Positions 30,883 to 40,011 of a DNA stretch of 64,000 bases are shown here, piece after piece. Numbering within the stretch: the stretch's first letter is position 1; every line of letters begins with the position of its first letter. The DNA comes from an uncultured Gammaproteobacteria bacterium (GTDB lineage: Bacteria > Patescibacteriota > Patescibacteriia > Patescibacteriales > UBA12465), in the NCBI GenBank assembly GCA_964517555.1, contig CAZFEF010000001.1:56598-120597 (forward strand), read 5' to 3'. Under the pieces are notes generated by a model, which made no database searches, was not told the DNA's origin, and saw only the letters and a program-made list of their open reading frames with translations. The translations under genes and the position numbers were made by a program.

Positions 30883-31512
30883 TTATTTATTACTCCCAAC
30901 AAACCGATCCAAATAAAGACTCATCTTCTCACTAATATTCCGATGCTTATCTTTTTTGTATTGATCATATAACTCTCTCCAGGTAAAAAGAGAGTGGAGC
31001 TCTATTCCTGATTTTTTTAAATTATCCTTAGCCGATTTTTCAATATCTAAAACCGTAATGATGTCAGTCACTTTCAATCCTTTAGCCCTTAGCTTTTTAG
31101 CGAAATCAAGAACTGTATCAGCGGTCACCGTGGCATCTTCAATGATTAGAACCTTATCCCCTTTGCGATAAACTCCTAATAATTCGCCGGCGGTACTGTA
31201 ATTTTTAGGACCCTCTTTTCTAATAGCCAGGCTGGGAAATTTTAAAATACTAGCTAGGCCGTAGCTAAAAGGTAATCCGCCATAAGGGGCGCTGATGATT
31301 CTGTCAAAAGTTATCTTTTGGTCTTTAATTAATTTAAGAGCGAATCGATTAACCCTGGTTAGTAATTCGGGATAAGAAATAAATTTAGAGGTGTCTAAAA
31401 ATATAGGGGTGCGGCTACCATTTTTTAGTGGGATCCATTGGCTCTCATCGGGGGATGAGGCAACTTTAAACAACCCCAGATTGATTATATCTTTTAACAA
31501 TTGAGTCTTCAT
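30883..31512 (-). CDS. pyrE: Orotate phosphoribosyltransferase-like protein
   Basis: LKNG..TPIF.D, PYGGLP, VLIIEDATVT (PRPP loop); divergent. Confidence 0.7.
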   Translation of the reverse strand: MKTQLLKDIINLGLFKVASSPDESQWIPLKNGSRTPIFLDTSKFISYPELLTRVNRFALKLIKDQKITFDRIISAPYGGLPFSYGLASILKFPSLAIRKEGPKNYSTAGELLGVYRKGDKVLIIEDATVTADTVLDFAKKLRAKGLKVTDIITVLDIEKSAKDNLKKSGIELHSLFTWRELYDQYKKDKHRNISEKMSLYLDRFVGSNK

Positions 31513-31515
31513 ATT

Positions 31516-32088
31516 TTATTTAGATAAGATTATAATATCGAGCAATTCCGGGAAATGGTCGGTTTTCATGTGCGACAAACAAAAATGACCATGATTTGTA
31601 AAACGGTGGATAGAAATTTCAGGGATGCTTAGTTGTATTATTTTCACTGATTCCAAAATGTCATCTTTGTCATCTTCGGAGAATAATAAATGGATTTCCC
31701 CTACCCGATCATTAAGGGTCGAATCAAGGCTAAAATCAAAAAAGTCAGAACTCTTTTTTCTTTGAGGATCAAGCCAGGGGGCCACTAGCACCAATTTATT
31801 CACTTTAACTTTATTTTCCGTTAGCCACCGCAATAAAAATCCACCTCCACAACTATGACCAACTAAAATTGTTTTCTCATTAACCTCGAACCTTTCTAGC
31901 TCCTTGGCCCATTCTTCGTATACCGGATTATAAGCCTCAGGCATTTCCGGGGCTTGGGTTAAGATATTTTTGATCAATAGTTGCTTTTGAAGCCACGGAA
32001 GCCAATGGCTATTGGATAAAGAAGGATACTTATCGTCGAAATATTCTTCTCGGCTACAACTTCCATGAATGATAATAGCGTTTTTCAT
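31516..32088 (-). CDS. RBBP9/YdeN-family alpha/beta hydrolase
   Basis: IIHG, HWLPWL, GHSCGG, GHF. Confidence 0.9.
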   Translation of the reverse strand: MKNAIIIHGSCSREEYFDDKYPSLSNSHWLPWLQKQLLIKNILTQAPEMPEAYNPVYEEWAKELERFEVNEKTILVGHSCGGGFLLRWLTENKVKVNKLVLVAPWLDPQRKKSSDFFDFSLDSTLNDRVGEIHLLFSEDDKDDILESVKIIQLSIPEISIHRFTNHGHFCLSHMKTDHFPELLDIIILSK

Positions 32089-32107
32089 ATATTCTTTATT
32101 TTATGCT

Positions 32108-33976
32108 TTATTTAGGAGAAAAAAACAGAGAACCCATGATGCTGACGTTTCGATATTCAATAATATCACCGGATACGATCCTTTCTCCGGATATTTTTTC
32201 AATTGATAATCCAAAAGCCATGTCTTCATTCTTCGCTTCAATTATAATATGCTTGATGTCCTCTGGGCGGTATTTATATTTTTCTAGCGTCTGGGAAATA
32301 AAATCAGCGAAATCATAGCCGATGACGTCTTCCCTGTTTTTTTGAACGGTGAAATAATGTTGGTCACTGGGGATGCGTAGGCCGTACCAATTGCCATCCG
32401 GAAAACTAGCATTGGTTTCCGTGCCACCGACTTTCATGACGTATTTATATTTTTGAGACAATGGCATGTCAGACTCTTCAGAGATTGGTTCTTCGGGTGA
32501 GAGGGCTGATATGGAAAAATTTCCTTCGCTGGATAATTCCGGAATTGCTTGATTAATCAATTCTTCCTCCTCTTTGTTTTCCAGGCCAATTAAATCTTTT
32601 ACTATTTCCGATGGCAAAAGATACGACTTAGAACCATCGTTACTTTTTATCTCCTGACTAAATAATTTTTGTAAATTTGCGGGCCCATGAGCGTTATAGA
32701 GATAAACGACCAGATCGTTGATATTGTCTTTGTCTTCAACGGAGACTGAATCTGGGGCAGGAATTTTAACAATCTTTCCTTCGGATACGGCTTGATATTT
32801 ATCCAATATACTTATCAAACGATTACTTTGACATTGGCGAGCGACATTGAAAATGCTCCAAGGACCAAAGGAAAAAAGAATCATTACCAAACAAAGGGTG
32901 ATTGGAACTAGACGAATATCTTGGCGGCGACTGATTAGGAAATAAATACCGGCGACTAAGAGCCAAAGACCCAAAAGTATCAGTAGGTATCGATTCTCAG
33001 TTAAGCTATAATCAGAAATGCGAAGCCACAGGGCGACAAAGAACATAATTACTTGCGGTATAAGGGCGGCAAAAAATATTTTTCTAAATATTCTAATCCA
33101 ACGGAATTGTTCTTGCCAGGCATAAAGGACCATATAAATAACTATGCCAAACAAGGAAAATCCGGAAATCATATATACCAACGTGCCCTTAGGCCATTCC
33201 CCGACAATCAATACTTTAACGGTATAGCTATAAAGTATTAGAAAATATATGGTTAAAAGTGGCAACAATACGTATTGGGTAAATATTTTTATCTGCTTAG
33301 GATAACCTTTGTTCTCGGCGGCTTCGATCGGATCCTTAGGCAGGCGAGACAAAAAGAATATTGATGAAAATAGAGTCGAGACTAAAACTCCTGCGACCAA
33401 AATTATCTTATCTATATCAGTATCAAACAAGTAGTTAATTGAAGCCCAAATAATTACTAAGCCAATGTTGATCACCGCACAGTAAAGAGCGGTTAGAAGG
33501 GCCGAGACAACCATCTTTTTGACATGTTGCCAAAAGACGTTGATAATATTTTTCCGCCAAAACAATAAACCAACAAAAGTTAGAGATAAGGTGGCGCTTA
33601 GTGACCAGAGAACGAGTCGTAGATCCTCTTTTTCAATTGAATGCCCCGGATTATCAATTAAAAAATTAAGGCGCGAAAAAACGATAAAGATGAAAATGGC
33701 TACCAGTAAATCTAGCCCACGTTTATATTTGTTGGGCCAGGATTTGGACTCACCAAAAAAAGTAGAAGCGATAAAGAGCACTTCAGCCAAAGCCAGGATT
33801 GTGAAGGCGTGGATTAACTTTATAAAAGGAACGACAGCTTCTGATTCAAAATCCAGATTATTAAGAATCAAATAAATATAAATAAAAGCCATGCCAGTCG
33901 CCGCTAAGATGGCCGAGGGAAAGCGGAAAAGGACTTCTTTGATCTTAACTAATGTCTTTTTTAAGTTTTGATTCAT
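32108..33976 (-). CDS. DUF4153-family membrane protein
   Basis: Multi-TM; PLL.IY..ILY.Y, RISDYSLTENRY, FGPWS. Confidence 0.8.
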   Translation of the reverse strand: MNQNLKKTLVKIKEVLFRFPSAILAATGMAFIYIYLILNNLDFESEAVVPFIKLIHAFTILALAEVLFIASTFFGESKSWPNKYKRGLDLLVAIFIFIVFSRLNFLIDNPGHSIEKEDLRLVLWSLSATLSLTFVGLLFWRKNIINVFWQHVKKMVVSALLTALYCAVINIGLVIIWASINYLFDTDIDKIILVAGVLVSTLFSSIFFLSRLPKDPIEAAENKGYPKQIKIFTQYVLLPLLTIYFLILYSYTVKVLIVGEWPKGTLVYMISGFSLFGIVIYMVLYAWQEQFRWIRIFRKIFFAALIPQVIMFFVALWLRISDYSLTENRYLLILLGLWLLVAGIYFLISRRQDIRLVPITLCLVMILFSFGPWSIFNVARQCQSNRLISILDKYQAVSEGKIVKIPAPDSVSVEDKDNINDLVVYLYNAHGPANLQKLFSQEIKSNDGSKSYLLPSEIVKDLIGLENKEEEELINQAIPELSSEGNFSISALSPEEPISEESDMPLSQKYKYVMKVGGTETNASFPDGNWYGLRIPSDQHYFTVQKNREDVIGYDFADFISQTLEKYKYRPEDIKHIIIEAKNEDMAFGLSIEKISGERIVSGDIIEYRNVSIMGSLFFSPK

Positions 33977-34274
33977 ATTATTAAAATGATAATTTAAGCG
34001 GTTTTTAAATTATAGCATTATTTCATCAAATTTTATAGAACAGAAAATTAAAACTCTGAAGCCGTTCAGCTCCAGGGTTTTGGCAATTTTTTGCCTCCAT
34101 TCTATTCGTTAAAGAATTTTTGATGGAGTTTTTCGCCGAGATCTTCCATTCGAAGAAGGCTCTCGGGCAACAAAGACTAGATAATATTGGCTGGTCGACA
34201 GATTTAATAATTTAGGGTATGATTAGTTCAATAAAACAGTTCTTATTAAAATCTAACGTAAAAACCCACATAGA

Positions 34275-35765
34275 ATGAATGTCCTATTGATTTATCCCAA
34301 ATTCCCAGATACGTTTTGGAGCTTTAAACACGTCATGAAGTATGTGAACAAAAAAGCCTCCTTTCCGCCTCTGGGATTACTAACCGTGGCGGCCATGCTG
34401 CCGCGAGAATGGAACCTAAAGTTAGTTGATGTTAACGTCAGCGAACTTACCGATTCAGATTTGGATTGGGCCGAGATGATTATGGTTAGCGGCATGTTGA
34501 TTCAGCGAGTCGGTGCCGAAGAAGTAATAGTTCGAGCTAAAGCTAAAGGAAAGAAGGTTGTCGTTGGCGGACCGTTGTTCGCTAACCTGGTAGATGATTT
34601 CCTGGCTTTAGGAGTTGATCATTTTGTTTTGGGAGAAGCTGAAAATACTTTAGCTCCATTCCTCAATGATTTGTCAGCCAACCAGGCTCAAACCATCTAC
34701 CAACCAGATGCCGGTCGTTGGCCAAGCATGACCAAAGTGCCTAAGCCATTGTGGCATTTAATCGATTTTAATCATTATGCCACGATTCCGGTCCAGTTTT
34801 GTCGAGGTTGTCCATTCAATTGTGAATTCTGCGACATCCGGGCTACCTATGGCCCACCTCGAAACAAAGCCAACGAGCAGTTTATTGCTGAACTCCAGTC
34901 CCTCTATGACGCCAACTACCGAGGAGTGATCTTCGTAGTTGATGACAACCTGATCGGCAACAAAGCCAAGGTCAAATCCATGTTGCGAGCACTGATTGAA
35001 TGGCAAAAAGAACATCGCTATCCATTTCGCTTCCTAACCCAAGCCGATATCAATCTGGCCGTGGATGACGAGCTCTTAGATCTGATGGTGGCTGCCAATT
35101 TCTACAAAGTTTTCTTAGGATTGGAATCTCCTCATTTGGCCAGCCTAGAAAGATGCGACAAGGACCCAAACCTAAAGGTTGATATGTCAGAGGCGATCAA
35201 GAAAATTCATCGCCACGGTATCTTGGTTATGGGCGGCTTCATTGTCGGTATCGACGGTGACCCCAACAACATTTTCGACCAGCTACTGAAATTTATCCGT
35301 CAAAATGGAGTGGTCATCTCAATGATCGGCCTGATGATAGTTATACCCGGAACCAGATTATATTATCGGCTCAAAGCCGAGAATCGGTTGCTGAATGCCA
35401 GCGATGGTGATAATACCAATATCCAATTAAACTTCGTCCCTAAGATGGAGCCCAAAAAATTGATCTCCGGCTACAAGAGGTTGGTAACCTCAGCCTATTC
35501 AACTCGGGAATACTACCGACGAATCCACATCATGCTCAATAATTATCGCCCCCAATCTAAGGGCGGGAGAATAAAGCTCATGGATATTAGAGCTTTTCTG
35601 ATGAGCGTTTTCCTGATTGGTCTTTCCTCTACTGGAATCTATTACTGGACTTTGATCCTTCGAGTATTGTTCACCGGCCAATTTAAATCTTTGGGCATGG
35701 CCATTGAACTAGCCATAGATGGACAACACTTCAAACGGGTAGCTAAACAATTGCGAAAAGCATAA
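34275..35765 (+). CDS. B12-binding radical SAM protein (DUF4070 C-terminus)
   Basis: PPLGLLTVAAMLP, RGCPFNCEFC (CxxxCxxC). Confidence 0.9.
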   Translation: MNVLLIYPKFPDTFWSFKHVMKYVNKKASFPPLGLLTVAAMLPREWNLKLVDVNVSELTDSDLDWAEMIMVSGMLIQRVGAEEVIVRAKAKGKKVVVGGPLFANLVDDFLALGVDHFVLGEAENTLAPFLNDLSANQAQTIYQPDAGRWPSMTKVPKPLWHLIDFNHYATIPVQFCRGCPFNCEFCDIRATYGPPRNKANEQFIAELQSLYDANYRGVIFVVDDNLIGNKAKVKSMLRALIEWQKEHRYPFRFLTQADINLAVDDELLDLMVAANFYKVFLGLESPHLASLERCDKDPNLKVDMSEAIKKIHRHGILVMGGFIVGIDGDPNNIFDQLLKFIRQNGVVISMIGLMIVIPGTRLYYRLKAENRLLNASDGDNTNIQLNFVPKMEPKKLISGYKRLVTSAYSTREYYRRIHIMLNNYRPQSKGGRIKLMDIRAFLMSVFLIGLSSTGIYYWTLILRVLFTGQFKSLGMAIELAIDGQHFKRVAKQLRKA

Positions 35766-35839
35766 ATCGCAACCCCAAAAACCGCCGACAATGTCCTGCG
35801 GTTTTTTAAATTTTAATATTATTAACGTTTTAAATGTCA

Positions 35840-36742
35840 CTAGTCACTTTTTCCTATTAATCTCCTGGGATTTTTTATCAACATAATTTTAATTTCGTTT
35901 TCATTAATACCTTCTTTTTTTAATAGCTTAACAAATTGTTTCAAGGCTTCGCTTGGCGTAAGGCTAAAAATTTGCCCCACGTCAGAGGACAAAATACAAT
36001 TAGCCGCGCCGACAAATTTTATTTGCTCAACTATTTTCTTAATTGATATCTTGTCAATCGAATACATAGAAAAACAGTGCTCAACCAGGGCTCCTAGTTT
36101 TGTCAGTTTTTTCTGAATATCAATAGGCATATCGATTTTTTGATATATCGGGTGAGTGATGATAATTTTTTTGAGTCCGATCTTATTGACGGCAAATTTT
36201 ACCAGGGATTGTGATTCTTGCCAAGAAATATGGCCAGTCGCCAAAATAGCATCCGATTTTTTGATCTCGACTAACACTTCTTTCACCTCTCGACTTATTT
36301 TCATCTTCTCATCAAAGATCTTCAATCCCTTGATAAATTTTGTCGGACGAAATTTAAATTGCTTTCTGGTTTCAACATCAATCCATTCACCTGGAATCTC
36401 AAATTTTTGATTTTTCAAAATATTTTCCGAGTGAATTGTAGGAAACCAAACAATAATTGGATTGGCTGATATCTCCGCTAAACACCTGACGGCGGCAGCA
36501 TTAAATCCACCAACGTAGTGGTTTAGGGTTATAGAGCTGATAACCAATGGGCACCCGGGTTTTATGGCGCTTCTCTTAGTATCACCAATAATTGGGAAAA
36601 AGTGATTTTTTACCCCCACACCGCCCAGCTTATTTGCCTCTTCTTTTAATAATTCGGGTAAAATAAATTTACGCGGAATTATTTCTGGTCCGACGTGAAC
36701 ATGTAAATCAATCGCTTTTTTTATGATTTTATTATAATCCAT
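35840..36742 (-). CDS. Amidohydrolase-superfamily protein (DUF6282-like)
   Basis: DLHVH, KNH, ATGH, ITHP, SSD.GQ, NPRRL metal-binding TIM-barrel motifs. Confidence 0.8.
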   Translation of the reverse strand: MDYNKIIKKAIDLHVHVGPEIIPRKFILPELLKEEANKLGGVGVKNHFFPIIGDTKRSAIKPGCPLVISSITLNHYVGGFNAAAVRCLAEISANPIIVWFPTIHSENILKNQKFEIPGEWIDVETRKQFKFRPTKFIKGLKIFDEKMKISREVKEVLVEIKKSDAILATGHISWQESQSLVKFAVNKIGLKKIIITHPIYQKIDMPIDIQKKLTKLGALVEHCFSMYSIDKISIKKIVEQIKFVGAANCILSSDVGQIFSLTPSEALKQFVKLLKKEGINENEIKIMLIKNPRRLIGKSD

Positions 36743-36816
36743 ACTTTTTATATTTAAATTAATATTAGTTTTAAGATGGGGATATCAAACAAATTTGCTC
36801 GATATCCCCTTAAAAG

Positions 36817-37506
36817 TTATAACCAAGGGGCATGAAGATCGCTTGGCAAGAGATAAAGACGAGGAAGATTATAATCAACTACATCATCTTTATGTCTAGC
36901 GACACAGGAAATTTTAATCGGCCTGAATTCTTCTTCAACTAACATGGCCTCAGCTAATCTTTCCGTTAGATAATCAACGGGGTTTCCGCCCTTACCCATC
37001 GCTTTAGCCGTTTGACCTGCTCGAGATAACAAATCACGACTAACAAAAGAGGTGAAATTCTCCCTAACCTTTTGCCGATAAACTTCGGCTTGTTGATCAA
37101 ATTCAGACCAAAGCCTAAACTCAACATTCGGCATCATTTCCTTTAGCCCTTCTGCTAAGTTAGCAAAATATTGGCAGACCAACACTTCGGATAATCCATT
37201 TATCCTTGTGCCGTACAAATCTGCTCCAAGGAAGATCCAACGAAATTTTTTGTCAGGCATTCTTTCTTGCCAATCATCAAGCAGTATAGTCAAAAAATCA
37301 ATAACCTTAATTTCCTTGTCTCCCGGGAAAATCTCCGCCCCGCGATGACCCCAATTGTACCTGGGACCCCAAGGAGTAAACAACGTAATTTTTTCCTGAC
37401 GCAGACGCGGTAGAACCCCGTCTTCATAGCGGACCGCTCTGGCCGTTCTTTTTTCTGGATAAAAAACAGTATTAAACCATTTAATTCCCTCATTTTGTTC
37501 TTTCAT
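36817..37506 (-). CDS. Hypothetical protein (possible Rossmann-like / aaRS-derived fold)
   Basis: 229-aa ORF with AAAGGA RBS; WGP, ADLYG, Y..ER..EA motifs; fold assignment is tentative. Confidence 0.65.
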   Translation of the reverse strand: MKEQNEGIKWFNTVFYPEKRTARAVRYEDGVLPRLRQEKITLFTPWGPRYNWGHRGAEIFPGDKEIKVIDFLTILLDDWQERMPDKKFRWIFLGADLYGTRINGLSEVLVCQYFANLAEGLKEMMPNVEFRLWSEFDQQAEVYRQKVRENFTSFVSRDLLSRAGQTAKAMGKGGNPVDYLTERLAEAMLVEEEFRPIKISCVARHKDDVVDYNLPRLYLLPSDLHAPWL

Positions 37507-37555
37507 TTTTCAATTTCCTTTTGGTTATTATTAAGTTGCGCCCTTTTTAGATAAT

Positions 37556-37638
37556 AAAAAACCCTTCTAAAAAGGGGTCGCTCGTGATTTAAAAAAAACA
37601 CAATCAGCCCCTTTTTACAAGGAATGATTGTGATGATG
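37556..37638 (-). promoter_or_regulatory. Putative His-sensing attenuator (antiterminator/terminator)
   Basis: CAT CAT CAC AAT CAT codons, then TAAAAAGGGG (contains the stop codon) complementary to CCCCTTTTTA, which alternatively forms CCCTT/AAGGG plus a U-tract. Confidence 0.6.
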
Positions 37639-37917
37639 AAGCTTGCTGATCGCTAAACGATAACCGCCGGAACCATTATTTAACCAAGAGGCTACGCGGC
37701 TAACTGTGGTGGTGCTAGTTTTTAGTTTGGCTGCTATCTCGCGATAAGGAATTTTATCATTAACCAACTGGGCTATTTCCCAACGATCAGCCATTTCTTT
37801 TATTTCCTCAATAGTACATAGATCACGGAAAAAACATTCAGCCTCTTTAACTGAATTTAGGTTTAAAATAGCCGAAAATAAGCTATTTGTTTTTTGATTA
37901 AATTTAAATTGATTCAT
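37615..37917 (-). CDS. YerC/YecD-family TrpR-like repressor with His-rich C-terminus
   Basis: FFRDLCTIEE..MADRW, PYREIA..STTTVSRV..L..G.GGY; ends KLHHHNHSL. Confidence 0.9.
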   Translation of the reverse strand: MNQFKFNQKTNSLFSAILNLNSVKEAECFFRDLCTIEEIKEMADRWEIAQLVNDKIPYREIAAKLKTSTTTVSRVASWLNNGSGGYRLAISKLHHHNHSL

Positions 37918-38003
37918 ATATTCTGTATTACTGTATTATTATGATAACACACAAAAATATTATGTCAAGTGAAGAATAACGCAAACTAAAATACACCCGT
38001 TCA

Positions 38004-38046
38004 AACAAAAATGAGCCGAAAGGCTCATTTTTGTGTATATGCTCGC
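38004..38046. repeat. 43-bp hairpin + TGCTCG junction repeat, copy 1 (left island boundary)
   Basis: AACAAAAATGAGCC-GAAAG-GCTCATTTTTGTGTATATGCTCGC; 37/43 identical to 38807-38849; TGCTCG matches the tRNA-Gln 3' end. Confidence 0.8.
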
Positions 38047-38129
38047 TTGGAGGGGCTGCTTTCGAGCTTTATTTGCAGAAACATTATAAAAAATGATAAC
38101 ATATAAAAAAGTTATTGAATCTTATTAAT

Positions 38130-38747
38130 ATGACAACCGCGCTACAAATAATTGCCTCTATCTTGCCAATAGCCGTTTGCATAACCTATTTAAGACAAGT
38201 GTCCAGAGGAGAATCAACACCCAATCCTAGTACCTGGGTTATTTGGTTTATAGTAACAGGCATTAATACAGTGACCTATTTCCAGGTTGTAAATAGTGAT
38301 TATTTCAAAACCTCAATTGTATTTACGGTTTTCCTCTCTATGGGCGCGACTATGGCCTATTCTTTTTTTAAAGGAAAATTTGCAAAGCTAGCGAAGCTTG
38401 ATATGTCCATACTAACTTTATCTATAATTATTGGAATATTTTGGTGGATAACCAAAAATGCTGATATTGCTAGCTTGCTATTACAAATAATAATTTTTAC
38501 CTCCTACCTACCAACAGCCGTTGGTCTAATAAAAAATCGTCTGAAAGAAAAACATTTACCTTGGACATTAATTGTAATAGCCTATATCCTCCAAACTATT
38601 TCATTGTTAATGAATTATGATGGCAATTTATATCAGTTATTTTTACCGACTATTAATGGCATTATTGGCAATGGATTAATTTTAACAATAATTTTATATA
38701 AAGAAGTAAAAACGGGCAAATGGATTCGAACCAATTTGACCCAATAA
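38130..38747 (+). CDS. Hypothetical multi-pass membrane protein
   Basis: About 7 hydrophobic segments, P...TW motif; bracketed by the two 43-bp repeats. Confidence 0.75.
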   Translation: MTTALQIIASILPIAVCITYLRQVSRGESTPNPSTWVIWFIVTGINTVTYFQVVNSDYFKTSIVFTVFLSMGATMAYSFFKGKFAKLAKLDMSILTLSIIIGIFWWITKNADIASLLLQIIIFTSYLPTAVGLIKNRLKEKHLPWTLIVIAYILQTISLLMNYDGNLYQLFLPTINGIIGNGLILTIILYKEVKTGKWIRTNLTQ

Positions 38748-38806
38748 AAATGACCTACTCGCTAAAATAATAAAACCAAGGCCAAAATTTTCGAATCATA
38801 TACCAT

Positions 38807-38849
38807 AACAAAAATGAGCCTTTCAGCTCATTTTTGTATATATGCTCGC
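38807..38849. repeat. 43-bp hairpin + TGCTCG junction repeat, copy 2
   Basis: AACAAAAATGAGCC-TTTCA-GCTCATTTTTGTATATATGCTCGC. Confidence 0.8.
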
Positions 38850-38907
38850 GCATAAGGATTATTTCCGAACTTTTAAATGCTTAAATATTAGGGATATTAG
38901 AAAATTA

Positions 38908-39834
38908 TTATCTATTAACTAAAAATTCCGTTAAAACAAAAATTATGTAAAAAACAAATAATAGGAAAGCCTCTTTTCGGCTTAATATTCGGTCTGACTT
39001 CATAAAATAAAATAAAAGAAAAATTGCTAGAAACATGAATAGCCCAGTAATATAGATAATGCGTAAATTAAAGGCAAAGGGACTAATTAGAGCCATTATA
39101 CCAACTACGATAGTGGCGTCAGCAACAACTGTTCCCAGAATATCACCTAGGGCCAAATTATCATGATGATGTTTCGCGGCTTTAATTGAAAAAAATAATT
39201 CCGGCAGAGTCGTCCCTAGACCGACCACCAACATGCCAATCAATATTGGGCTAACATTTAAACCCCGTGCAAAATCAACTCCATATTTTACGGTAAAATG
39301 AGAACCCAATAAAAGACCGGTCATACTAAATAATAGGAATACTAAATTTTTGATATTAAATTTTTCCCGATCAATCTTGGCAACATAAATATTCTTTTTT
39401 AAAACTAAGTAGTAAAACAATAACCCAACTAAAATTAATATTATTCCGTCCAATCTAGAATAATAGCCATTTAGACCAAGTATAATTGGAATAGCCATTG
39501 CTCCGATATGTAAAAATCTATTTTTAATAAGCTGACTTTCTATTCTTAATTTTCTGCCAGATAAAAATACTACCAAAGCAAAAACTAGGGTTAGATCGGC
39601 AATATTCGAACCAAATAATGTACCTAGCCCAAAAGAAGGAATTTTTTCAATAGCCGAAGTAATTGAAATAAATGTTTCTGGTAAAATAGAAATGACAGCC
39701 ACGACCGCAAAACCAATAATATATTTGGGTAAATTAAAACTTTCCGCTAAATGGATTGAATAGCGAATGGCAAAATTTGCACTTTTAATTACCACAAATA
39801 ATGAAATTAATAAAAAAATAAATGACAAAGCCAT
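38908..39834 (-). CDS. Sodium:calcium antiporter (YrbG-like)
   Basis: Two alpha repeats: ILPE..GSNIAD and GTTLPE..GDILG. Confidence 0.9.
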   Translation of the reverse strand: MALSFIFLLISLFVVIKSANFAIRYSIHLAESFNLPKYIIGFAVVAVISILPETFISITSAIEKIPSFGLGTLFGSNIADLTLVFALVVFLSGRKLRIESQLIKNRFLHIGAMAIPIILGLNGYYSRLDGIILILVGLLFYYLVLKKNIYVAKIDREKFNIKNLVFLLFSMTGLLLGSHFTVKYGVDFARGLNVSPILIGMLVVGLGTTLPELFFSIKAAKHHHDNLALGDILGTVVADATIVVGIMALISPFAFNLRIIYITGLFMFLAIFLLFYFMKSDRILSRKEAFLLFVFYIIFVLTEFLVNR

Positions 39835-40011
39835 ATTACTTAAAAAATATTAAATTATACAAAAATTATAGCATATTTTACACTTTAAAACCCCGTGTAG
39901 GAATAGAACCCATTTTCACAAGGCTTCTTGGAAGCTTTCATGGGTTTTAGCAGGTGTGTGGGTCAGGGCAAAATGAGACAAATGAGACACTATAAAAAGG
40001 GTTTTCAAGTC

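Noticed and set aside
34049-34172. c-di-GMP or cobalamin riboswitch before the B12 radical SAM gene
   Set aside because: Conserved cores of those riboswitches were not found; kept only as an unassigned structure.
38004-38849. CRISPR array from the 43-bp repeats
   Set aside because: Only two copies about 800 bp apart enclosing a gene; no cas genes or regular spacers seen anywhere in the window.
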